Under the pieces are notes generated by a model. It was not told the origin of the DNA. It saw only the letters and a program-made list of their open reading frames with translations, and did no database searches. 64,000 bases of DNA from Lawsonibacter sp. (GTDB lineage Bacteria > Bacillota > Clostridia > Oscillospirales > Oscillospiraceae). How positions within the stretch are numbered: the stretch's first letter is position 1; the number at the start of each line of letters is the position of its first letter. The translations under genes were made by a program, and so were the position numbers. Location: positions 12,478 through 76,477 of the forward strand of contig JAAWHL010000001.1 of the NCBI GenBank assembly GCA_022795855.1, in the 5' to 3' direction. This document shows, one piece after another, positions 28,954-39,086 of the stretch.

Positions 28954-30914
28954 GCTGCGAATTGGTGCTGGCCCGCTCGGCCGGATTCTGCTACGGAGTG
29001 CGGCGGGCGGTGGATATGGCCCATGAGGCCCTTCAAGGGGAAAAGCCCTGCGTCATGCTGGGATCCATCATCCACAATCGGGACGTGATGGACTTCTTTC
29101 GGAATCAGGGCATGGGGTTGGTCCGGAGCCCTGAGGAGGTACCGGACGGCGGCGCAGTGCTCATCCGCTCCCACGGGGAGAGCCGTGCGGTCCACGAGCG
29201 GCTCCAGGCCCGGGGCGTGGAAATCTGGAACGCCACCTGCCCCAACGTGACCCGTATCCACGAAATTGTGTCCCAGGCAGGGGAGAGGGGCAGGCAGGTG
29301 GTGGTCATCGGCACGCCGGATCACCCGGAGGTGGTGGCCATTGCCGGCTGGTGCCGGGAGCCAGCTCTGCTGGACGGGCTTCCGGCGCTGGAAAAATGGC
29401 TGTCGGAGGCCCCCGAAAGGCGGGATATTCCCCTCACATTTGTCTCCCAAACCACCCTAATTAAAAAGATTTGGGACGACTGCGTGAAAAAAGCAAAAAA
29501 AGAGTGTACAAACGCGGAATTTTTTGATACAATATGCGGAGCGACATCTAAACGTCAGGAAGAGGCCCACGAACTTGCCGCCCGGTGCGGCATGATGGTG
29601 GTCATCGGGGACCGTCAAAGCTCAAACACCAAGCGCTTGGCAGAGCTTTGCCGCCAGGTCTGCGCCAACGTCCAGCTGATTGAGCGGGCGGAGGATTTGG
29701 ACCTGTCCCGCCTCCCCAAGGCGGGAACTGTCGGAATCACGGCGGGCGCGTCTACGCCCGCGTGGATAATAAAGGAGGTCTTTGACAAAATGAGCGAAAA
29801 AATCATGGAGATCGAAAAATCCTTTGCGGAGCTGCTGGAGGAGTCGATCAAAACTTTAAATACGGGGGATAAGGTAACCGGCACTGTGGTCGCCATCACG
29901 CCGACCGAGATCCAGGTGGAGCTGGGCATCAAGTATCCCGGCTATATCCCCCTGTCGGAGTTGAGCGACGACCCCAACGTCAAGCCGGAGGACGTCGTCA
30001 AGGTAGGCGAGGAGATTGAGTCCTACGTCATGCTGGTCAGCGACCGGGACTGCCTGGTCAAGCTGTCCAAGAAGCGCCTGGACATGGTGAAGGGCTGGGA
30101 GGAGATTGAGTCCGCCCGGGAGAGCGAGACCCCCCTGGAGGGCTTTGTTACCGAGGACAACAAGGGCGGCGTCGTGGTGTCCGTGAAGGGCATCCGCGTG
30201 TTCGTTCCCGCTTCCCAGACCGGCCTGCCCCGTGAGACCCCCATGACCGAGCTGGTCAAGCACAAGGTCCGCCTGGTGGTCACCGAGGTCAACCGAGCCC
30301 GCCACCGCGTAGTGGGTTCCATCAGCCGGGTGCAGCGGGCCGAGCGGGCCGCTGCCGCGGAGAAGGTCTGGGCCGAAATCGAGGACAACAAGCGCTACAC
30401 CGGCACCGTGAAATCCCTGACCTCCTACGGCGCCTTTGTGGACATCGGCGGCGTGGACGGAATGGTCCATATCTCCGAGCTGTCCTGGAGCCGCATCAAG
30501 CACCCCTCCGAGGTGGTGAAGGTGGGCGATACCGTAGAGGTGTACGTCATCTCCGCCGACAAGGAGAAGAAGAAAATCTCCCTGGGCATGAAGGACCACA
30601 GCCAGGATCCCTGGACCGTGTTCACCTCCACCTATCAGATTGGCGACACCGCCAACGTGCGGGTAGTCAAGCTGATGACCTTCGGCGCCTTTGCCGAGGT
30701 GGTGCCCGGCGTGGACGGCCTGATTCACATCTCTCAGATTGCCGACCACCGCATTGAAAAGCCCGGCGATGTGCTGGCCGAGGGGGACAAGGTGGACGTA
30801 AAGATTACCGACATCGACATGGAGAACAAGAAGGTTTCCCTCTCCATCCGCGCCCTGCTGGAGGCTCCCGCCGAGGAAGGCGAAGAGGAGTCTGCGGACG
30901 AGACCGAGGGCTAA
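28950..30914 (+). CDS. ispH: IspH-ribosomal protein S1 fusion
   Basis: GFCYGV, IIHN, ATCP, HPEV, TIC.AT, SSNT followed in frame by four S1 repeats. Confidence 0.95.
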   Translation: MSCELVLARSAGFCYGVRRAVDMAHEALQGEKPCVMLGSIIHNRDVMDFFRNQGMGLVRSPEEVPDGGAVLIRSHGESRAVHERLQARGVEIWNATCPNVTRIHEIVSQAGERGRQVVVIGTPDHPEVVAIAGWCREPALLDGLPALEKWLSEAPERRDIPLTFVSQTTLIKKIWDDCVKKAKKECTNAEFFDTICGATSKRQEEAHELAARCGMMVVIGDRQSSNTKRLAELCRQVCANVQLIERAEDLDLSRLPKAGTVGITAGASTPAWIIKEVFDKMSEKIMEIEKSFAELLEESIKTLNTGDKVTGTVVAITPTEIQVELGIKYPGYIPLSELSDDPNVKPEDVVKVGEEIESYVMLVSDRDCLVKLSKKRLDMVKGWEEIESARESETPLEGFVTEDNKGGVVVSVKGIRVFVPASQTGLPRETPMTELVKHKVRLVVTEVNRARHRVVGSISRVQRAERAAAAEKVWAEIEDNKRYTGTVKSLTSYGAFVDIGGVDGMVHISELSWSRIKHPSEVVKVGDTVEVYVISADKEKKKISLGMKDHSQDPWTVFTSTYQIGDTANVRVVKLMTFGAFAEVVPGVDGLIHISQIADHRIEKPGDVLAEGDKVDVKITDIDMENKKVSLSIRALLEAPAEEGEEESADETEG

Positions 30915-30929
30915 AGACAAGATCATTTC

Positions 30930-30963
30930 AAAAGCGCCTGTTTCTGCCGAAACAGGCGCTTTT
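30930..30963 (+). terminator. Bidirectional intrinsic terminator
   Basis: AAAAGCGCCTGTTT / AAACAGGCGCTTTT. Confidence 0.8.
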
Positions 30964-31155
30964 GCAGCTTCCTTCAGATTTCAGGCGGGGATACCCAATT
31001 GCCAAACCTGGATTTGCGCGTCCAACGCTCTGCCGGCAAAGCAAAAAATTTTGAAATGCCGGTGTATTTCAAAATTTCCCTGGGGGCAGGCGGCAGTTTG
31101 GACCGCGGGGACCTGCTCTGAGGCGCTTGGAATACGCTTCTCACCGTCAGGCCCT

Positions 31156-31803
31156 TTATTCAGCGGAGCAAAAGTCCTCCAGTGCCCCCCGGTCGGTCAG
31201 AATCACGCTGCGGTAGCCGGTGCGCACCCACCCCCGGCGGGTAAACTCCTGGAGCACCCGGCTGACCGTTACCCGGCTGACGGAGATGGAGCTTGCAATT
31301 TCATCCTGGGTACAGGGGACCGCGCCGCCGGCGGCGGGGGAGAGGGAGAGCAGATGCCGGGCTACCCGCCAGTCCGCCGGCCGGAAGGCCATATCGTCCA
31401 CATGGGCGGAGAGAAGGCGCACGGTCCTGGCCAGATATTTCAGCATGGCCAGGGCCAGAGCGGGGTCTCGGGCAATCTCGGCACAGACCATCTCCCGGTC
31501 AATAGGAATCATCTCGCAGTCGGTCAGGGCAATGGCGGAGGACACCCGGGGCAGCTCGTCAAAAAAGGAGGCCTCGCCAAACAGGCTGCCGCGCTCATAG
31601 ATGTTGAGCACCCGCTCCGCGCCGTCCTCCGACTGAATGAAACTTTTGACCCGGCCCTTTTTCAGGTAGTAGAAGCAGGTGGCCTCCGTGTCCTGGAGAT
31701 AGATGAGATACCCCGGGGAACACCGCACCACGGAGCGCCGGTCCGCAAGGGATTTCCAAATGTCCGCCGGGAGATCCAGCTCCCGCATGGAGGAATTGTA
31801 CAT
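31156..31803 (-). CDS. Crp/Fnr family transcriptional regulator
   Basis: cNMP-binding FGEASFFD..PR plus HTH TQDEIASSISVSRVTVSR. Confidence 0.92.
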   Translation of the reverse strand: MYNSSMRELDLPADIWKSLADRRSVVRCSPGYLIYLQDTEATCFYYLKKGRVKSFIQSEDGAERVLNIYERGSLFGEASFFDELPRVSSAIALTDCEMIPIDREMVCAEIARDPALALAMLKYLARTVRLLSAHVDDMAFRPADWRVARHLLSLSPAAGGAVPCTQDEIASSISVSRVTVSRVLQEFTRRGWVRTGYRSVILTDRGALEDFCSAE

Positions 31804-31812
31804 GGGATGCGC

Positions 31813-32286
31813 TCACTCCTTTTCCAGCTGCCCGCGATGCTGAAGGTGGATACCGATGTGCCCAATCCCTAGAATCACTGCCGACAGAATCATCCACACC
31901 ACTTTCCCATAGATGCCCAGCATCAAAAAGGCCAGCACAGGCAGAGTCGCTCCTGCTGCCGGGATCCCCAGCAGGCTGCGGTAAAAATCAGTAAGGCGCT
32001 TGGGTGAGCGGAAATAGCGTATCCACCATGCCTCGTAAAGCGCCATCAGCAGGGCGGAGGCGGCCAGCCACAGACTCCAGGGGGTCCAGGGGCGCAGGTT
32101 GAAATCGGAGAAAATCACCGCGCAGCAGGTGACGCACACCTGACCCGTCCGCTCAAACAGCAGCAGCGTTGGGTTTTCCGACTGGGTTTCATACCCCTCC
32201 GGCTGGTGCCGGGCCCAGATGAGGTTGGGCGCAAAGAGCAGCAGCAGATAGAAAACTCCGACATAGGAAAAACCAAGGTGCCCCAT
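31813..32286 (-). CDS. Conserved hypothetical membrane protein
   Basis: [27 protein letters not shown]; GGAGG RBS. Confidence 0.75.
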   Translation of the reverse strand: MGHLGFSYVGVFYLLLLFAPNLIWARHQPEGYETQSENPTLLLFERTGQVCVTCCAVIFSDFNLRPWTPWSLWLAASALLMALYEAWWIRYFRSPKRLTDFYRSLLGIPAAGATLPVLAFLMLGIYGKVVWMILSAVILGIGHIGIHLQHRGQLEKE

Positions 32287-32600
32287 TTACATCCTCCACC
32301 CGTTTGCCGTTCAGGACCCGGAGCCACAGCCTCAAACACGCACCCGGAGGGGCTTTTCCGCCGGACTGCGTTCCATCGGACTGCGTTCCATTCTCCGGGA
32401 ATCCATGCAGGACTCCGGCCAAAACATGCCTTCCCCGGCGGAAGAATTCCGCATCCGGGCATTATGTTTGGCCAGGGGTTCTTCATTTTCTGAAAAAACA
32501 GCGGTTGTTTGCGGTCATTGTATCACAGTTTACATTCTTTTGGCAAGGGGGATGTCATACTAAATACAAGACTGACCGAATGAGGAGGAAGCATACTGCC

Positions 32601-33857
32601 ATGGGAATGACTATGACGCAGAAAATTTTGGCCCGGGCCGCCGGATTGGAGCGGGTGGAACCCGGACAGCTGATTGAGGCCCGGGTGGACATGGTACTGG
32701 GCAACGATATTACCACGCCGGTCGCCATCACCGAGTTCGAGAAGGCGGGCTTTACCCAGGTCTTCGACAAGGACAAGATTGCCATCGTCCTGGACCACTA
32801 CACCCCCTGCAAGGACATCAAGTCCGCCCAGCTGTGCCGGCAGGCGCGGGAATTTGCCCGTAAGCACAGCGTCACCAACTTCTTTGACGTAGGCCAGATG
32901 GGAGTGGAGCACGCCCTGCTGCCCGAAAAGGGCCTGTGCGCCCCCGGAGAGGTCATCGTAGGGGCCGACTCCCACACCTGCACCTACGGCGCGCTGGGGG
33001 CCTTCTCCACCGGGATCGGTTCCACCGATATGGCCGCCGCCATGGCCACGGGCCTGCTCTGGTTCAAGGTGCCCGCCGCCATCCAGGTCACGCTGACCGG
33101 AAAGCTCCAGCCCCACGTCTCCGGCAAGGACGTGATTCTCCACCTTATCGGCCGGATTGGCGTGGACGGGGCCCTGTACCAGTCCCTGGAGTTTACGGGG
33201 GAGGGCGTGTCCTCCCTGACCATGGACGACCGCTTCACCATCTCCAACATGGCCATTGAGGCCGGCGGCAAAAACGGCATCTTCCCTGTGGATGAGCGGA
33301 CCATGGAGTATATCAGCGGCCGGGTCTCCCGCCCCTGCGAGGCCTTCAGCCCCGACCCGGACGCGGAGTACGCCCGCAGAATCGTCATCGACCTGGACAC
33401 CCTGGAGCCCACGGTGGCCATGCCCCACCTGCCCGAGAACACCAAGGTGGTCAGCGAGGTGGCTGGCCTGCCCATCCACCAGGTGGTCATCGGCTCCTGC
33501 ACCAATGGCCGCATCAGCGACCTGCGCATTGCCGCCGCCGTGATGAAGGGGAAGAAGGTCGCGTCCAACGTCCGCTGCGTCATCATCCCCGCTACCCAGG
33601 AAATCGTCCTCCAGGCCATGGAAGAGGGCCTAATCCGTACCTTTATTGAGGCGGGTGCCGCCGTCTCTACCCCCACCTGCGGCCCCTGTCTGGGTGGGCA
33701 TATGGGCGTTATGGCCGAGGGGGAGCGGGCTGTCTCCACCACCAACCGCAACTTTGTGGGCCGCATGGGACATGTCCGCTCCGAGGTGATTCTGGCCTCT
33801 CCCGCCGTTGCCGCCGCCTCCGCCATTGCGGGCTGCGTAGCAGACCCCAGGAAGTAA
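32601..33857 (+). CDS. leuC: 3-isopropylmalate dehydratase large subunit (type 2)
   Basis: [35 protein letters not shown]. Confidence 0.93.
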   Translation: MGMTMTQKILARAAGLERVEPGQLIEARVDMVLGNDITTPVAITEFEKAGFTQVFDKDKIAIVLDHYTPCKDIKSAQLCRQAREFARKHSVTNFFDVGQMGVEHALLPEKGLCAPGEVIVGADSHTCTYGALGAFSTGIGSTDMAAAMATGLLWFKVPAAIQVTLTGKLQPHVSGKDVILHLIGRIGVDGALYQSLEFTGEGVSSLTMDDRFTISNMAIEAGGKNGIFPVDERTMEYISGRVSRPCEAFSPDPDAEYARRIVIDLDTLEPTVAMPHLPENTKVVSEVAGLPIHQVVIGSCTNGRISDLRIAAAVMKGKKVASNVRCVIIPATQEIVLQAMEEGLIRTFIEAGAAVSTPTCGPCLGGHMGVMAEGERAVSTTNRNFVGRMGHVRSEVILASPAVAAASAIAGCVADPRK

Positions 33858-33877
33858 CAGGAAAGGAAATTTTTGTG

Positions 33878-34363
33878 ATGAAAGTTTACAAATACGGCGC
33901 CAATGTGGACACCGACGTGATTATCCCGGCGCGGCACCTGAACGACCCCTCTCCGGCGGCACTGGCCTCCCACTGTATGGAGGACCTGGACGAAACCTTT
34001 GCCTCCACAGTGGAGGAAGGGGACATCATCGTGGCCGGACCCAATTTCGGCTGCGGCTCCAGCCGGGAGCATGCCCCTCTGGCAATCAAGTCCTGCGGGG
34101 TGAAGTGCGTGATCGCCCCCTCCTTTGCCCGCATCTTCTACCGCAACGCCATCAACATCGGATTCCCCATTGTGGAGTGCCCCCAGGCGGCGGCGGAGAT
34201 CCAGGCCGGGGACCAGGTGGAGGTGGACTTCGCCGGCGGCACCATTACCGATATTACCCAAGGAAAATCCTGGAAGGCGGCGCCCTTCCCCGAATTCATT
34301 GACGGCATTATCAGAAGCGGCGGCCTGCTCAACTCCCTGAAGGAGCGGGGGGCGGCGAAATAG
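33878..34363 (+). CDS. leuD: 3-isopropylmalate dehydratase small subunit
   Basis: DTDVIIPA, NFGCGSSREHA, SFARIFYRNA. Confidence 0.93.
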   Translation: MKVYKYGANVDTDVIIPARHLNDPSPAALASHCMEDLDETFASTVEEGDIIVAGPNFGCGSSREHAPLAIKSCGVKCVIAPSFARIFYRNAINIGFPIVECPQAAAEIQAGDQVEVDFAGGTITDITQGKSWKAAPFPEFIDGIIRSGGLLNSLKERGAAK

Positions 34364-34704
34364 TGCAGAGTATCGTTGTTGTTTTGGACTCCTCAAAGCT
34401 GGAAAATCCGGATCTGGATATCATTTACAGTCTGCCGGATCGGGCGGAGGAATTGACTGGGAAGGCAGTGCAGGACAACGGCTACCGGTATCTGGACAAG
34501 GCGGGCCGCAGCATCGGCATCTGGCTGAAAACGGAAGCGCCGGATATTTGGTGGCCCAAGGTTGTGGAGCTGCTAAAAACAGAACGGTTCTGCGAAAATG
34601 ACCTGTCGGAAAGCGCCCTTGTGCTAATCTCAGGGGAAGAAAACGCAGAGATTGAGATATGCCGGCAGGTCTATCCTGAGCTGTGTAGGAGTGAAGTGCT
34701 ATGA
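34363..34704 (+). CDS. Hypothetical 113-aa protein inserted between leuD and leuB
   Basis: Start overlaps leuD stop (TAGTG); stop overlaps leuB start (ATGA); LENPDLD, DNGY, IGIWL. Confidence 0.7.
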   Translation: MQSIVVVLDSSKLENPDLDIIYSLPDRAEELTGKAVQDNGYRYLDKAGRSIGIWLKTEAPDIWWPKVVELLKTERFCENDLSESALVLISGEENAEIEICRQVYPELCRSEVL

Positions 34705-35777
34705 ACTATAAAATCGCCCTGATTCGTGGCGACGGTATCGGTCCCGAGGTAGTAGGGGAGGCCGTCAAGGTAATGGACGCCGTCGGACAGAAATTCGGCC
34801 ACACCTTTGAGTACGTGGACGTTTTGATGGGCGGCTGCGCCATTGACGCAGTGGGCTGTTCCTATCCGGAGGGCACTGCGGAGAAGTGCCGGGCCTGCGA
34901 CGCGGTGCTGCTGGGCGCGGTGGGCGGCCCCAAGTGGGGCCACTCCACCGAGGCGGAGAAGCGGCCGGAGACCGCCCTGCTGTCCATCCGGAAGGACCTG
35001 GGCCTGTACGCCAACCTGCGCCCCGCCGCGCTGCGGCCCGCTCTGGCCGACGCCTGTCCTCTGAAAAAGGAGACGGCGGAGAAGGGCATCGACCTGATGA
35101 TGGTGCGCGAGCTCACCGGAGGCATCTATTTCGGCAAAAAGAACCGCTGTCAGACAGAGGACAGGGGAGAGGAGGCCAGCGACCTGCTGGCGTACTCGGA
35201 ACTGGAAATTGAGCGCATCGGCCGCCGCGCCTTCGAGCTGGCCCGGCTGCGCCGGAAAAAGGTGTCCAGCGTGGACAAGGCCAACGTACTGGAGTCCTCC
35301 CGTCTGTGGCGGCAGGTGATGCACCGCCTGAAGGAGGAGTATCCGGACGTGGATTACGAGGACGTGCTGGTGGACAACGCCGCCATGCAGCTGGTCCGGG
35401 ACCCCGGCCAGTTCGACGTGGTGGTAACGGAGAACATGTTCGGCGACATCCTCTCCGACGAGGCGTCCATGATTACCGGTTCCATCGGTCTGCTGCCCTC
35501 CGCGTCCATCGGAGACAGCGCCCCCGGGCTGTACGAGCCAATCCACGGCTCTGCGCCCGATATCGCCGGGCAGGACAAGGCCAACCCCATTGCCACAATC
35601 CTCTCCGTGGCCATGATGTTCCGCTACTCCTTCCGCCTGCCCCGCGAGGCCGAAGCCATCGAGAAGGCGGTGGACGCCGTCCTGGCCGAGGGCTGGCGCA
35701 CTGCGGACATTGCCAAGGAAGGCGAAACCGCTGCCGGCACCCGGAAAATGGGGGCTTTGATTCGCGAAAGGATTTGA
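34701..35777 (+). CDS. leuB: 3-isopropylmalate dehydrogenase
   Basis: GDGIGPEV, ENMFGDILSDEAS, EPIHGSAPDIAG. Confidence 0.96.
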   Translation: MNYKIALIRGDGIGPEVVGEAVKVMDAVGQKFGHTFEYVDVLMGGCAIDAVGCSYPEGTAEKCRACDAVLLGAVGGPKWGHSTEAEKRPETALLSIRKDLGLYANLRPAALRPALADACPLKKETAEKGIDLMMVRELTGGIYFGKKNRCQTEDRGEEASDLLAYSELEIERIGRRAFELARLRRKKVSSVDKANVLESSRLWRQVMHRLKEEYPDVDYEDVLVDNAAMQLVRDPGQFDVVVTENMFGDILSDEASMITGSIGLLPSASIGDSAPGLYEPIHGSAPDIAGQDKANPIATILSVAMMFRYSFRLPREAEAIEKAVDAVLAEGWRTADIAKEGETAAGTRKMGALIRERI

Positions 35778-36064
35778 TTTCCCGGTCCCGCCCAAAACCA
35801 GGGCGGGACCCTTTTCTTGTCCGCAGCCCGCGGGAACGCACCACCCGGGGCAGTTTGGGATACGATGGAGCAGGGGAGGTGCGGCAGGGCGCTGCGCTCC
35901 GCTCTGCATCATCCCAAGCGCGTTCCGTCGGAATAAGGAGTGAGAGAACCGGAGGGTAATATGAAAAAACTTCGGTTTTCCTGGTTATAATAACCGGGAA
36001 AAGGACATTTTGCAGAGGCCAAAATGTTAATACTTCAAAACTGTGAATTTTTTTCAGATTATTC

Positions 36065-36093
36065 TTGCAATTCTGCAAGTTGGTGATTATAAT
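36065..36093 (+). promoter_or_regulatory. Sigma-A promoter of the aminotransferase gene
   Basis: TTGCAA-17 bp-TATAAT. Confidence 0.7.
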
Positions 36094-36221
36094 ATGTCAT
36101 GGCTCGCGGGAGTACCGGCCGTTCTTCCGAAGAGCCGTTTTGCAGGAAATGAATTTTACGTTTGCAGGAAGTGCCTCAGCAGACAACGGACTGACGGAAT
36201 GGAAAATGGAGGAAACAGACC

Positions 36222-37421
36222 ATGAAAGAGTTATCCCGGATCGCCCAGGCTATCGAACCTTCTGCCACGATGGCCATTGACACCCTGTTCAAGCAGATGA
36301 AAGCGGATGGAATCGACGTCATCGGCTTTGGCGCCGGTGAGCCCGATTTTGCCACTCCGGATCACATTAAGACTGCCGGCAAGGCCGCAATCGATAACAA
36401 CGACACCCGCTACACCCCCTCCTCCGGCACCGTGGAGCTGCGCAAGTCCGTCTGTCAGCGCCTGAAGGCCGACTTCGGGCTGGAATATACTCCCAAGCAG
36501 GTCTGCGTCTCCAATGGCGCAAAGCCCTGCGTCTATGTGGCCCTGCGGGCCATCCTCAACCCCGGAGACGAGGTGGTGCTCCCCGCTCCCTACTGGGTCA
36601 GCTACTCCGAGCTGATTCGCATGTGCGGCGGCGTCCCTGTGATTGTGGACACCCGGGAGGCGGATCACTTCAAGCTCACCGCCCAGGAGCTGGCCGATGC
36701 CATTACCCCCAACACCAAAGCGATGATTCTCAATAACCCCTCCAATCCCACCGGCATGATGTACTCCCGCCGGGAGCTGGAGGAGCTGGCCCGGGTCTGC
36801 CAGGAAAAGGACATCTATGTGGTCAGTGACGAGATTTACTGCAACCTGGTCTATGACGGCGAGGAGTTTGTCAGCTTTGCCTCCATCAGCGCCGATGCCA
36901 AGGAGCGCACCCTCCTGGTCAACGGCGTGTCCAAGTCCTACGCCATGACCGGCTGGCGCATCGGCTATGTGGCCGCCAATCCGGAGATTTCCGAGGTCAT
37001 TGGCAATTACCTCAGCCACTGTACCGGATCCCCCTGCGCCATCTCCCAGAAGGCGGCAGTGGAGGCGCTGACCGCCTCGCAGGACAGCGTGGAAAATATG
37101 CGCCTGGCCTTTGAGCGCCGCCGCAACTACATGGTAGAGCACATGAACAAAATCCCCAACATCAGCTGCATCAAGCCCCACGGAGCGTTCTATGTGATGA
37201 TGAATATTGAAAAACTCATCGGCAAGGAGCTCCACGGGGAGGTAATCCGCAATGCGGATGACTTTGGAAACCTGTTCCTAAAGTACGGCAAGGTGGCTGT
37301 GGTGCCCGGGACCAGCTTTAACGCCCCCAATTTTGTCCGCTGGTCCTACGCGACCTCCATTGAGAACATCAAGGAGGGGCTCAGCCGTCTGGAGCGGTTC
37401 CTGAACGGCGAGGTTATTTGA
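36222..37421 (+). CDS. Class I PLP aminotransferase (aspartate aminotransferase-like)
   Basis: GEPDF, NNPSNPTG, SDEIY, SKSYAMTGWRIG. Confidence 0.92.
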   Translation: MKELSRIAQAIEPSATMAIDTLFKQMKADGIDVIGFGAGEPDFATPDHIKTAGKAAIDNNDTRYTPSSGTVELRKSVCQRLKADFGLEYTPKQVCVSNGAKPCVYVALRAILNPGDEVVLPAPYWVSYSELIRMCGGVPVIVDTREADHFKLTAQELADAITPNTKAMILNNPSNPTGMMYSRRELEELARVCQEKDIYVVSDEIYCNLVYDGEEFVSFASISADAKERTLLVNGVSKSYAMTGWRIGYVAANPEISEVIGNYLSHCTGSPCAISQKAAVEALTASQDSVENMRLAFERRRNYMVEHMNKIPNISCIKPHGAFYVMMNIEKLIGKELHGEVIRNADDFGNLFLKYGKVAVVPGTSFNAPNFVRWSYATSIENIKEGLSRLERFLNGEVI

Positions 37422-37434
37422 TTCCTGAAATTGG

Positions 37435-37473
37435 AAAACTCCGCGCAGAGTCCAGGCTCTGCGCGGAGTTTTT
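37435..37473 (+). terminator. Intrinsic terminator
   Basis: 16-bp perfect stem AAAACTCCGCGCAGAG / CTCTGCGCGGAGTTTT. Confidence 0.8.
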
Positions 37474-37636
37474 GACTCAAAGCGGCGCGGCAGGGAAGAG
37501 GAGCTTAATTTTTCATAAAAAGACGGTGAAAATGCTGGTATTCCCCCTGCGGATACGCTATAATGAGTCTGCTGACAAGCAGCGCTCTGCTTGACATCCC
37601 CATTACTACAATAGAAATAAATGAGGTCGATTAACC

Positions 37637-39073
37637 ATGCCAACCAATCAGTACGAAAGCCCCCTCTCCTCCCGCTACGCCAGTGACGAGATGCTCTACC
37701 TTTTCTCAGCAGATAAGAAATTCTCCACCTGGCGCCGGCTGTGGGTGGCTCTGGCCCGGGCGGAGATGGAGCTGGGCCTGCCCGTCACCCGGGAGCAGGT
37801 GGAGGAACTGGAGGCCCATATGACTGACATTGACTATGAGAAGGCCGCCCAGTGGGAGAAGAAGCTGCGCCATGACGTAATGGCCCATGTCCACACCTAC
37901 GGCGAAAAATGCCCCAAAGCTATGCCCATCATCCACCTGGGAGCCACCAGCTGCTATGTGGGCGACAATACCGACATTATCCTGATGCGGGAGGGGCTGG
38001 AGCTTGTCCGGGATAAGCTGGTTCGGGTTATCGGCCGTCTGGCCTCCTTCGCCCGGGAGTACAAGGCGCTGCCTACCCTGGGCTTTACCCACTTTCAGGC
38101 CGCCCAGCTGGTGACAGTGGGCAAGCGGGCCACCCTGTGGATAAACGAGCTGCTGATGGACCTGGAGGAGGTGGAGCACCGCATCTCCACGCTGAAGCTG
38201 CTGGGTTCCAAGGGAACCACCGGCACGCAGGCGTCCTTCCTGGAACTGTTTGAGGGAGACCACCGAAAAGTTGCGGAACTGGAGGAGAAGATTGCAAAGG
38301 AAATGGGCTTTACAGGCGTTGTGCCCGTAAGCGGACAGACCTATTCCCGGAAAATGGACTACAATGTGGTGTCCACCCTGGCCGGCGTCTCCCAGTCCGC
38401 CAGCAAGTTTGCCACCGACCTGCGGCTGCTGTGCCATCTGAAGGAGGTGGAGGAGCCCTTTGAAAAGAACCAAATCGGATCCTCAGCCATGCCCTACAAG
38501 CGCAACCCCATGCGGTGTGAGCGTATCTGTTCCCTGGCACGGTATGTCATTGTCGATGTGGGCAACCCAGCTGTTACCGCTGCCACCCAGTGGTTTGAGC
38601 GCACGCTGGACGACTCCGCCAACAAGCGGCTGTCCGTACCTGAGGCATTCCTGGCGGTGGACGCTATTTTGAATATCATGCTCAATGTAGCCTCCGGCCT
38701 GGTGGTTCACCCCAAGGTAATTGAAAAGCATGTGATGGAGGAGCTGCCCTTTATGGCCAGCGAGAACATCATGATGGACGCGGTCAAGCGGGGGGGCGAC
38801 CGTCAGGAGCTCCATGAGCGGATTCGCGTTCTCTCCCAGGAAGCCGGACGGAATGTAAAGGATTTAGGCCTTACAAATAATCTCATTGATTTAATCGCCG
38901 CCGACCCCGCTTTCGGCCTGAAGCGGGAGGAGCTGATGGCCCATATGGAGCCCTCCGCCTATATCGGCCGCTGTCCGGAGCAGGTGGAGGAGTTTTTGGA
39001 CCGGCAGGTCGCTCCGGTTCTGGAGCGCTGTGCTTCCGCGCTGAGCGCCGAAGCCGCCGAACTGAAGGTTTGA
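37637..39073 (+). CDS. purB: Adenylosuccinate lyase
   Basis: RHDVMAH, HLGATS, GSSAMPYKRNP. Confidence 0.96.
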   Translation: MPTNQYESPLSSRYASDEMLYLFSADKKFSTWRRLWVALARAEMELGLPVTREQVEELEAHMTDIDYEKAAQWEKKLRHDVMAHVHTYGEKCPKAMPIIHLGATSCYVGDNTDIILMREGLELVRDKLVRVIGRLASFAREYKALPTLGFTHFQAAQLVTVGKRATLWINELLMDLEEVEHRISTLKLLGSKGTTGTQASFLELFEGDHRKVAELEEKIAKEMGFTGVVPVSGQTYSRKMDYNVVSTLAGVSQSASKFATDLRLLCHLKEVEEPFEKNQIGSSAMPYKRNPMRCERICSLARYVIVDVGNPAVTAATQWFERTLDDSANKRLSVPEAFLAVDAILNIMLNVASGLVVHPKVIEKHVMEELPFMASENIMMDAVKRGGDRQELHERIRVLSQEAGRNVKDLGLTNNLIDLIAADPAFGLKREELMAHMEPSAYIGRCPEQVEEFLDRQVAPVLERCASALSAEAAELKV

Positions 39074-39086
39074 CAGAGAGGGGCAG

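Noticed and set aside
32115-32486. 123-aa ORF with a [10 protein letters not shown] repeat
   Set aside because: The repeat is the translation of a non-coding 15-bp tandem duplication; the ORF overlaps the real membrane gene out of frame.
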